A DNA stretch of 64,000 nt from positions 1 through 64,000 of the forward strand of contig NW_019029005.1 in assembly GCF_002105155.1 (NCBI RefSeq), read 5' to 3'. The stretch is from Lobosporangium transversale (taxonomy: Eukaryota). The notes beneath the pieces were generated by a model. The model saw nothing but the letters and a program-made list of their open reading frames with translations. It was not told the origin of the DNA and did not search any database. The position numbers were made by a program, and so were the translations under genes. Below are positions 11,614 to 22,192 of this stretch, in pieces; position 1 is the first letter of the stretch; every line of letters starts with the position of its first letter.

Positions 11614-13139
11614 TTTTCTTTGAAACCAGCGCGTGCGCGCGCTGCCTCTACACAAAATCAAAATCGCTAGGCAAACAAAAATGCTCATCATAACCAACTT
11701 GAAACTTGTAACCAGCTGAGCTCAATTATCTGGGGAAACCAGGCCATCAATGTCCGGAACATTTGTATCTATTACTCACTTATCTCCCTGCATATCGACA
11801 TGTCGCCAGACTCACTGTTTATGGGAAGTACATCGACTGTTTGAAAAAAAAAAAAATCATAGTTTCCTCTCTGTACCTTCTGAAAAACCAATGAATCTCC
11901 CTTTACATCACTGTATCATATCGACCTTATGGAGACTGCCTTGAATAGAAAAAAAAGAAAGAGGAAGTTGTGAGATACTCGATAGAAAAGAGTGCAGCAC
12001 AAACTTACTAATATGGAGCAAGCTTTAGAGACAGCTTCTCAGGGTTTGCAGACAGCGGTTGTCGATGACCCAATTGCTGCAGGTTATAACTGCAACCACC
12101 ACCTCGGAGAGGAGGCGTAGGAAGCTCAGGAAACCTAGGACTGGTACAGCATTATCTACAAATCAGAGGGCGAAGGAGATTCGAGAGATACGACTGAATA
12201 GGAAAGTGGATTAATAGAACATGCTCTGAGAATGACTTCTGGTAGGGACTGCAAGTAGCCAAGACCATGGAGACCACAGAAGTATATACAAGCAGTTTGC
12301 GATCTGCAATATCTCATAGGGATCAAAGGCTCAAAACAGCTCCCGTGGATACTTCCCTCACCCTACTGTGACATGTAAGGATCCTCCAGAGAATTCAACC
12401 TAAGTTATCGCTTCTTATGGTAGCTATCAACAATTTATTTGTAAGACCTTTCATGGATTTTTTTTGTGTCTTAAGCCCTTAACAAGGATATTGTTGTTGG
12501 ATTGCCATATGACCACGTATAGGCCCCGCCGTCAACCTATAGGATGGCAGTGCAAGAGGTTCCGACTTATTGCACAGAGCCATTGAGAACTAAGTGTTCT
12601 AGTGTGTGTAACTTTTTTTTTATTATTTAACTATTTTTTTTTTTTTTTTTCTTGTTATCATCATAATTGAAAGTGTTTGGTTTCAAGTATCATCACAAGA
12701 ACCTCTCCCCCATACGGCGGTGTCTTCAATAAGGCTTTCCACTCAACATTCGAGCCTTTGTTTTGGGTGGTTCCCCACATGTGAAAGGTCCGTCTTTCCT
12801 TTTTTTTTGTTACACATTTTCTGGGGTTAGATACGAGATATTGTACACACTGTACATGTCCAAGGAGAGGAGAGCCGTGAAAATACAGCGTCTTATTGGA
12901 TCACTGGTTAACTTTCAACCTCCGCCATTTTGCAACAATCTCGTCAGCTAGCTCTTGATCACCTCGCCCTCAGTTGAAATCATATATATATTTTATAGCA
13001 TGTAGAACAAGTTCCCCCAATCTATTTCCACAGTGCCCTCGCCTCCCTTCGCTAGCCCCCCTCGCCCTCGGTATTCACTTATTAAGATGGCCCTGGTTAC
13101 GCCATTTAGGGGGCTGGGGGAGGCGCTCTATTGCCTCAA

Positions 13140-13279
13140 GGGAATCTCTAGTAGACTGGAACGATAGGATTCGGTCCTTCAAGCTCGCTAACTTATATGT
13201 CCATCCCGGTAGTGGAAGTGGCCAGAGCCTCGACAGGGGCCAATGCACTAAGGGTACATCTAGTGAATGTTCATACTAA
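13140..13279 (+). pseudogene. 3' fragment of a fourth crystallin-like paralog
   Basis: LVDWNDRIRSFKLANLYVHPGSGSGQSLDRGQCTKGTSSECSY* matches the paralog C-termini (YNDQIRSFKIANFYVEPGTGS...C...EC); upstream part of the ORF is unrelated. Confidence 0.75.
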
Positions 13280-14078
13280 ACGAAGACCTTGGAGGTGGAA
13301 AATAAAGTAAGATAAAATAATTTAAGGTCATTAGGAGGGTATATGAACTGTTCAGCATATGCTCGCATTCTACTCATTATGTTCAGTGCATTACGCATTT
13401 CTGCAAGGCTCGTTCACATCAAGCATGTTCTGTTGGTTGCGCATGCATGATACATTTTTTTCGCTTGCCCTGGCAAATTGTTTCCCGTTTCCAATCCCTG
13501 CATGCAAATAGTGTTATGTTCTCAGTCTTTGACAAAGCAGAAGGCTTTCCTCTATTGAAGAAAAACATTCTTGGTTCCCAGTGTTGTTCATACTTATATA
13601 TAAAAATACAAATGCTGCACAAGGACAGAGCGCCACTCCAATAATTCATATAAACTGAAGCCTCTCATTGGATACTTTTAAAGCAGTGAATTGGGAGGGA
13701 CTTAATCTTTGCCTTCGTTTGCAGATATTCGTCCCCCGAGAGGCGGCTTCTTGGCATCGATAATCGAGATAAGCAATTTAGCAATCCCGTACGCCCTCTG
13801 CCATCTGCAAATATAAATTGTCGACTCTTTTTCATCATTTCTCTCAATCAGTCACTAAATCTCCTTCCCTGCAGCGCCTTGAAGCCAGTAAGTGAATTCC
13901 CCTGAAGGCGTCGACTTGTTATGTCATGGCCAGTGTGCCCACTGTTGCCATAGCAAAGCTCTTTGAGAACTACTTCCTACTTACTAGAGCCTGTAAACTA
14001 TTTTTCATTTCATTCTAGATCGATATCCGTCTTCAGAGCAACTTCATTCAGTTCTTGAGAAACAAACGAAGGGCCAAT

Positions 14079-14558
14079 ATGCATTCTATTTTTCGAACTA
14101 TCATCCTAGGTATCATAACCTTGGCTCTTTTGCATCGCCAAGTCTCAGCACAGCATAGTCATGCTGTCTTTTGGGAGCACAGCTTCTACGGGGGTCGATG
14201 CTTGATGTGTCCTATCTACGAGTACAACCGCTGCTATACAATTGACATGTCGGGCAAAGGTCTGGGCGGAGTCTCTTCTTTTTCATTCTTCAACAACGAT
14301 TTCCTAAAAAATAAGTTTGCCATCACTTTTTACGACAATTCGTTCTGCAGCGGCAATTGGTTCCGAAAGAGCAGGCGGATCAATCCTCTGACTGGTTATG
14401 AGCTTGACAATATGGCTGGCTATAATGACCGTGTCATCTCGTTCAAGATTGCAGACTATGAACTGAGCAACACTCAAGGATATAATGAAGTTGGTGAAGC
14501 GCCTACCTATAGCGAATGCTGGGAAGGCGATGCTAAAAAGCACTGTGCTGGGCCATAA
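14079..14558 (+). CDS. Secreted Cys-rich beta/gamma-crystallin-like protein (paralog 2)
   Basis: ATG at 14079 (MHSIFRTIILGIITLALL, signal peptide); FWEHSFYGGRC, YNRCY, FYDNSFCSG, YNDRVISFKIADY; 6 Cys. Confidence 0.8.
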   Translation: MHSIFRTIILGIITLALLHRQVSAQHSHAVFWEHSFYGGRCLMCPIYEYNRCYTIDMSGKGLGGVSSFSFFNNDFLKNKFAITFYDNSFCSGNWFRKSRRINPLTGYELDNMAGYNDRVISFKIADYELSNTQGYNEVGEAPTYSECWEGDAKKHCAGP

Positions 14559-16314
14559 TCCTTTATAGTCATCTGTTCCTACATAGATTTATAAATTTAT
14601 GGATTTTGCCTCTCTTTTTTATTTTTTTAAAAAAAAGCAAAATAAGAGAATGAAAGATTAAAGTAAATAGAAGCATAATCATTTAGTCCCCAAGCCCTTG
14701 TAACTTGCCAATAAAAAAAATAAAAAGAGGGAGGTGAAATGGAATAAAAGGATTGGCATAATCATCTTCAGTCTGAATACATCTATTCCTGTACTCTCCC
14801 TCTCTTGTTCATCTGACCCGCTTACTCACTTCTCTGAATAATACCTGTCTGGCCTTGATAATGTGGCTACAGCCATCTAGACGGGTGAGCATACTCGTGA
14901 AACCCTAGCTAATAACCTTTTTTGGCAGCCCACTAGTCCTTACATGCGTTACTGCTAGATAATTTGTAATATATTCATTTGAATCAACTTAATAAAGCCA
15001 ACGAAATTGGAAGATGTCTGTCGCATTGGGCGTTTAGGTACAATGGTTACCTTTGGAAGTGGTGAGCATTGTTGAAGTATTAAGAAAAAGGCATCAGCTA
15101 TTCAAGTCAACAGCTACTTATTCGCTTTACAAGCGTCTTATTGCAGAGCTCTATGAAAGGCCCTAATTTGATTAACTTTCGAACTTACATTCCCAAGCCG
15201 ACTTCTATTGGCATGAGTTGCACCTTAAAGTAAGTCCCCGAAAGTGCTCCTTTGAAGCCTACTTTCTGTCCAGCAATCCTTTTTAGGACGATGCAATATA
15301 TTAGATCGGAAATGACATGTAATATATGTAGGAAGTGACAAGAGATCCAATCACTCACCCATGCTTTCTAACAGTAGGGAGCCCTTTATTCATTTTATAA
15401 GCAAGAAGGGCTTTTGCGTTTTAAAGTGCGCCATTAACTCTTTCTTTTTCTTCGTCTTTTTTTTTTTTTTTTTTTTTTTTTTTCCTATTTAATTAAATGC
15501 TTTCCAGAGGATGACTGCGCCTATTGGGGCGGTACCATATTTGCTTAAGTGGAAAGCCTTGGCAGCCTATCCTCTTTATCTTACTCTTCGCCATCATTCC
15601 CGTGTAGGCTGTTATTTTGTAGAGCTGATCGCCTCTTATTGTTGCAAAAGCCTGTCCGACGACGACTTCCAACCTAGCCCTTATTACTACTGCTACCAGT
15701 TTTTTTTGGCAGAAGCCGCGCTTCAAAGTCTCACCTGGGGCCCAGGCCTTTTCCAAGTCCCCTATTATCAGCTTTTTGTAGATTAGAGATTAGAAACCGC
15801 TCTTTATACGAATTTCAGTATGACTTCTAAAAGAAATCCCATGTATTTCAATACTCTGCGCTCCTACAGACTATAGCATTTAGGCCCCATACCTAGCTTT
15901 TAGGGTTATGTATAATGAAGATAGCATTGTATCCATAAATTCCATGAACATCACAACATCACTTTATGGTTTTCTGTATTCGTCACAGAACTCGCGGACC
16001 TCCTAAGGATCGCTATTTTTATTAATATGGCAGTATTGGAAAGCCCACTTTTATTAAAAAGAGATGGTAAAGTAACAGTAAAAGTACAATCGGTTTTACG
16101 TTTCATTTTGATTTTTGATTTTTGATTTTTGATTTTTTATCTTCACTATAAATTGGGCTTCAAAGGTTCAATCCATTCAGAAGGATATTCAACTTTGATT
16201 GTATTCCTCTTTAGGTGAATGGGTATTTAAGTTCTATCTATTTATTAAGTATGGCTCATCCCTATTTTAGAGGAACTCTAGACTTTTTTATCGCCTCTTG
16301 CCGTTACTATGGGC

Positions 16315-16914
16315 CTATGGTTTTTGGCACTCGTTAGATTTCCCCCAATGGCACGAGTATTCCCCGAAAGTGCGCCTATCATCGGGCTGATTTGACCCCG
16401 TACCGGGTTCGACATAGAAATTAGCGATCTTGAAGGATCGGATTTGGTCATTGTATGAACCAAGACTACCCCAGCTCGTCGTCAGGCCCTTCAAGTTCTC
16501 TGAGTATCTGAACCACTCGCCTCCACAAGCTGGGCTAGTGTAAAAAGTGGCCGTTGTAGGGCCATCTCTTGGGTCCTCCTGGATCATAGAAATGGATGAA
16601 ACCCAGTTGGTCCCTTCAAATCTCTTGGGGTCTAATGTATAGCAATCGTTGTAGCCAATGGTCACGCAACGGACGCATCGCCCTTCATAGTTGGCATGTT
16701 CATAGAATCGAAGCTTTGGGAGCTTGAGCTTCTCGGAGTAAGGCTGGACCTGGACTTGATCCTGAGCCGATAGCTGGACTTTTGGGAGATTGAGATTATG
16801 GCCAGAGGAAATGGTTTTATTAAGCTTCTGAGCTGATACTTGGTTGTGCTGATCTTCAAGGACAAAGATAAGGACCACGAAAGCGGCAACGATTGTGCGC
16901 AGCAATGAAGGCAT
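16315..16914 (-). CDS. Secreted Cys-rich beta/gamma-crystallin-like protein (paralog 3)
   Basis: Signal peptide; LRFYEHANYEGRC is a clear Y/F-x4-Y/F-x-G Greek-key signature; WVSSI, FYTSPACGG, YNDQIRSFKIANF; 6 Cys. Confidence 0.85.
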   Translation of the reverse strand: MPSLLRTIVAAFVVLIFVLEDQHNQVSAQKLNKTISSGHNLNLPKVQLSAQDQVQVQPYSEKLKLPKLRFYEHANYEGRCVRCVTIGYNDCYTLDPKRFEGTNWVSSISMIQEDPRDGPTTATFYTSPACGGEWFRYSENLKGLTTSWGSLGSYNDQIRSFKIANFYVEPGTGSNQPDDRRTFGEYSCHWGKSNECQKP

Positions 16915-18166
16915 TGTATTGGACTTTATGATTTATATGATTATATGAATGTGTGCTGATGATAATAAGGATATGAAAAAAAAAGGAAGGAGTTTTTTAA
17001 AGGACGAAGTAAAAAAATCGTGAAATATATACAAATAATCGAGTAGGCTGTGGGTCGTGGGCTGTAGGTGATAGGGCTCTCAATTGGCATGGTTTTGAAA
17101 AGAAACTTTCTTCCCACATGCGTATTAATACATATGCCCTTAAAAAATAATCATAATAAATAATAAGGTTTTATAGTTTTAACGGTTGATGGCTGTGAGC
17201 GGGACAGGAAAAGGCCGCTAACACGGATGATGAGCGTAAGTTTTCCCTCGTTGCCTTCAATTTGGAAGCGCAAGATCACTTATTAATCATGACAGGGAAA
17301 GAGCGATATGAGATCAGATAAATTGTTTCTATGATTGGCTTGTCTACAGCCTGCGTGGCTTATGCTCAATGTACTAACGCTCACTATATACCCCTAACGG
17401 TATTTTTGACTTAAAGAATACCTTTATAGAATATGGATCTGGCCTGTCAGTACGCATACAGGCGGAGGCTAGAATGTGGACAAGACCTCTGTGCCTTTTT
17501 TTTCACCCCCAAAAACTAAACAGATATATATATATATATATAAATTGAAACATGAAAGATTTAGATGAGAAGTAAAATGAAGGCGGGGGATGATCAGGAA
17601 AAACAAGATAACAAAATGTATATATACAGTATATAGAGCGAATCTGAATCAATATTAAGACAGGGAGTGCTCTGTGTCTTGAAATGTGACTGTCACTGCT
17701 CTGTGTCTTGTTTGTGTAACCATTTTGGCGTATATTTAAGTCAAAGTGCGTATAATGTAGTCAATATAAACCACAGAATGCGTAAAATGTAGTGAAAACG
17801 GCGTATATTCCTTCCTTTTCAATCATTAGTATTTCAGATACCTTGCTATTCTGGTATTATTTGACTTTTTACAGACCACATCTGGTCAAGTTAATCTAAA
17901 CTAACATTCCCTTTATCCATACTCCATACTATTCGCCATTTATTTCCCTCAACGGAAATGAGGAGAAAGTGCGTTTAGACGCTACCAAACGCCAAACGGA
18001 TCGCAAACGCGCGACTCACAAACATACCAATTTCTTTTTATTTTATTTTTTTGGCAAAGCAATTAATGCATTTAGTATTTTATTACTATATCTATTATTA
18101 TATATGTTACTATCGTACATGCTTCTATATATGCTATTGTTACCTACCTGGGAAGTGTATTGTCAT

Positions 18167-21100
18167 TTATTGGTCATCTTCAGGATCCTCTTGCTCCCTA
18201 GCTTTCATGGATATCAACAGTGAGTTAATAGTCTTTCCCTCATTTGCCTGTGACCACTCAGCAACAATGTCTTCAGGATTGCGACCTTCCCTTCGTGCTG
18301 CTTCGTTGATCAGCCTAATTAACTCATATCGTCGATTGTAGGCCCTTTGGTCTGATGTATTCACTGGCCAACTCGGGTTCAATCTTTTAAATGCTGCAAG
18401 GGGCCCATGAAACTCATCCCAAGCATCTGCCACTGTGAGCTTTCCGCGGTCTGCTTTCCATTTGAAAGTGGCGCTTGATGAGCTGGGGCCTGGGGACGAG
18501 TGATGCGATGGCTCTGGCGCTCGTTGGAAGCAATGTAGAGGAGCTTGAACCAGCGATGAGTGCTGTTGAGGTACCTGTGGGGGACGCGTCGCAAACGGCT
18601 GCTGTTGAGGGACTCTGCGCAGAGCAGGATAGCTTGGCATAGTATGGGGATATGGCCCAAGAAGACCGGCTGAATTCAAGGGATGCGCTGGAGCTTGGCG
18701 AGCTGACGGATCCTGCAATAAATGTATCACTATCTCCATTTGCTGCTTTAGCGTCGCGAGCTCTGAGCTCATGGCAGACAACTGCGCCCTTTGTTGTGCT
18801 TCTTGCTGTGCCATTTGTGCTCCTTGCCGAGCAATAGCTGCTTCAAGAGATGCATTCTGGTGACTAAGGCTGTTTAGCGCGTTGGAGACCACATGTTTGT
18901 CAACTGGGACTAATGGATTGACAACATTGGCGCTCTGCTGATGCACTTCGATCGCACGAAGGAGCTCTCTCTGAAAGTCAAGGAACAGCTGACTCTCAAA
19001 GATTTCTGGAAGTGATTCTAAAAGCTTATTGCTCAGAGTCCTTCCTTTGCTGTCAGGCTTCAGGTACAGCACGGCGTCTTGAAGGATAACTCTCCTCATT
19101 TGTACCAGCAATAGTAGGAAAGCTCTTCGATCAATCATTGCGCTGTTCATGAGCTTATTGGCCGTTGCGGCGGAGCTTCCCGTAGTTTCTTCATCTTGAT
19201 CCCTAGCCGCTGTCGAATGGCGCATACGCTCCTGCCAGCCTCCCCAGTGCAGGTCGTCCTCCGTGATGAGATCCGGGTTTACATCTGTCATAGCATCATT
19301 ACAATCCTTGACCCATTCCTCATTCTCTCTAACGCTGCTGTTAAAGTTCCCTTCGATCCAAGGGAAAATTTTCCTCTGCAGCTCCAAGTCAGGGATAACG
19401 AGATTACGCTCAAGGATATAAGGTTCCTGTTCCTTGTTGAAATGAGCCATATAAAACGCGCCAGTGGTGGGGTTCTTTGGAGCATAGAAACTCTCCATCT
19501 GTCCCATTACCCAACGCCCAAGGTGACGGATATGCTCCAAGCCTAAGCCCAGACGGTACGCATCTGATGTTCCTGCGTGTCGACCGGCGTGAGTGACCTT
19601 GGTCGAATAAATGCCACAGGTTCGCATCACAGAAGCTGTGGCATCGATTTGAGTCTTTGGTGCAACAGCATTCTTGCGAAGGCCTGCGTTGCGCTTCTCG
19701 ATCGTACTAGCCGCGACCAAAAGCTTGATGTTGTACCAATCGTCAGGATCAGCGAAGTTTGGGACATCCTCCTTATCCAGCTATTATAGGAATGGTACGC
19801 GACCCAACATTTAACAACGAGCTAGGAAAGTACATAACCTATATTGCAGTAAGAAGAGACAAGAATGGCACAAATCTCTTACCATAAATCGTTCTAACAT
19901 GTAGAAGCCAAACGCTCCTACAGTACACCTGTAAAAAACTTTATGACGAAAGGCGGTTGCATAAAGCTTAACACCCTTTTTATTTGTTTTGCCACGAGAT
20001 ATGCAAAACGTAAGTCCGAGAGCTGGCTGGGACCCACTTGCCGGATGGGAGGACATGATACTGAACACATCAGATAGGTTAAGATTGCGAATGTCTTCAT
20101 CTCGCAGCAGCATATGGTGTCGTGCCAAGATGCAAAGGCGCTCACGCATATATTGAAATCTACCTTCCGCATGGTACACTCGCTTCCCTTTTAGCCGCAG
20201 CATTGGCTTCATACCCCACGTATGGAGGGCCATCCGAATGAACTGCTTCTCATTATAGGGGTCGCGAATAGAACAGGTATCAGTGCGCGTCGATCCCTGG
20301 AATGAGGTGTCGTACACTAGTTTCCCCTCGTATTCCTCGATAGCCTCCTTCAGCGGGATATCCTTGCGCGGATGAGGTGCAGGGTTTGGCCAATCCACCT
20401 TTGATGACGCTTGCTCCTTGTAGAGATAAATTAATGCCTTCCTGGCACAATCCACTGTTTCTATCGAGATAGGCGCATAGATGAATCTTCGGCCAGTCTC
20501 ATCAGTTTGCGGATGCGAAAGAACTATATTTGGATTAAAATGAAGTGTCAGAATGTCAATTAAGAGTGAGCCACAGCTTTGAACAAGGTTATTTTGGTTA
20601 CATGATTACACTAGATTTACTTTTTGCTCTTTCCGCAATGGAGGAGACCATGAGGGCTTGTGGTTCAGCAGACATGAGGGCCTCTTCTTCAGCTGGTTGC
20701 GAGTGATTTTGTTCCTCGTCTTCGCTTCCTGCATCGTCTTTGTCACCTTGGGAGGCTTCCTCAAACCCTCAAATGCCGGAGTCTCATAAGGCTGTGAATT
20801 ACGTTGGCTATAATTTTGCTCCAGCTCATGGACAACATCCTGAAAAATACTTTCCTCTGTCTCTGCTTTCCAAGCCTTTGGTTTTCTCTTATTTTCGCGA
20901 GTCAGCTTGCCCTCTAACACTGATCTGGCCGCTTGTGATGAAGCCTTTCCAACGACGCCACTGAATCCCGCGTTTGAATCAATATATTTCTTTACTGTGC
21001 GCTTGAAAACAACCTCCTCGAAAAACTTTAACATTTTTCTTGCGTCAACGCTGCAGTCCGCTTTTTCTCTTGTGCTGCAGAACACCTATCATTTATATTG

Positions 21101-21629
21101 TATTTGCATATTTTGTATTACGAAGCATGAAAAAAAAAATTTGACTGTCCTAAAAAATAAAATAAACAAATAAACAAAATAATAAACTTACCTGCCAAGC
21201 TTTCAAGTATGTCTTGTACTGCAGCAATGTCTTTGAGGGATTCTTGTTGGCGAGGAGAGATTCGAGAACATGGTTAGCACAGGTTTTTCTCTGCTCTGCT
21301 GTTTCTTCAGACGAAAAAGGCGACTGAAGGTGGCTGGAAGAGTTATCAGTTGTTGCACCGATAATCGTGCCTTGGGAGTAGATCCGCTTGCGAGGGGTGT
21401 GTTCCTCGGAGACGTTGTGGACGCCTACAGAACAGGCCCTTCTTTTGCCCTCGCGGATCTCTCTCCTTTTTTCTTTTTCATCTCTGGCTTCCTTAGCCTT
21501 TCGTGCATAGCCACTTCTTCCTTCTTTCCCTTGCTTCACGCTAAATTCGAAGAAGGTCCCGCTTGGACCTGAGTTTATTGATGAAGAGGCAGCGTTGCCA
21601 GAAGAAGAAGAAGCGATAGTGCGGGGCAT
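18167..21629 (-). CDS. Crypton tyrosine recombinase (NDC10-like/YR + GCR1_C-like), copy 1; 1-bp deletion near 20766 frameshifts exon 2
   Basis: 4 exons (21629-21192, 21085-~20621, ~20523-~19883, 19780-18167); catalytic-type residues LLRDE (R), GKTN (K), THAGRH (HxxR), HLGRW (W), SFYAP (Y); CCC here versus CCCC in copy 2. Confidence 0.75.
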
Positions 21630-21917
21630 CTTGATAGGTTACTTTATATTTTTTGTTGAGGGAATTGGGTAGATATTTGTGAGTACGATCAAGTGTTGCA
21701 AGTAGTGGTTATCGTAATAAATAGCGATGATGTATAATGTATAAAAGAAAAGAATAAAAAAGAAAAATGTAAGCGAACATGGTTTTATACTTTTAGCTCA
21801 TATTGTCAAGTCCAGTTCAAGAATATACTCTCCTCATATTTCAATTGTTCAATCGCTATCTTAGTGAGCTTGATCAATTGTTAGCTTCCCTCAAGCGCGT
21901 TATTTTCCTTTGAGTAC

Positions 21918-21971
21918 GGAATGAGTACAGATGAGGAATGAGTGGAATGAGTGGAATGGAATGCGGGAATG
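21918..21971 (-). promoter_or_regulatory. Cluster of six CATTCC (GGAATG on +) motifs upstream of the Crypton gene; TATAAAA on - strand at 21783-21789
   Basis: GGAATG at 21918, 21935, 21944, 21953, 21958, 21966; repeated in copy 2 (~26487-26540). Regulatory role is inference. Confidence 0.4.
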
Positions 21972-22192
21972 AAGAATTGAGTATGAAGCAAGGTGTTGAT
22001 CAGATCAGACCGCTTTGTGAGCGCGCTACGCGCGTGTAACTAAAGATACTTTTAGTTTCTACTTTTCAGTTAGATGTAGTGAAAAGACATGTGCCTGAAT
22101 TCTAACCTCTGTGTCTCTGTGTCTGTACGTGAAACCTATGAAACATTTTGCCTATTAATGGGCATACACTGGAATTTGACTTAATAAACTAT

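Larger units (their letters stand above)
17625..22192 (-). mobile_element. CryptonF tyrosine-recombinase transposon, copy 1 (4568 bp)
   Basis: Unit of a near-exact tandem duplication bounded by TACAGTAT at 17625 and 22193; encodes a YR + GCR1_C-like protein; no long TIR or LTR. Confidence 0.9.

Noticed and set aside
11628..11644. GC hairpin CAGCGCG-TGCG-CGCGCTG as a Helitron 3' end
   Set aside because: No CTRR at the expected distance and no Rep/helicase remnant
17969..18341. Plus-strand ORFs in the Crypton (also 22537-22909 and other antisense ORFs)
   Set aside because: Non-ATG starts, low-complexity or antisense shadows of the recombinase gene
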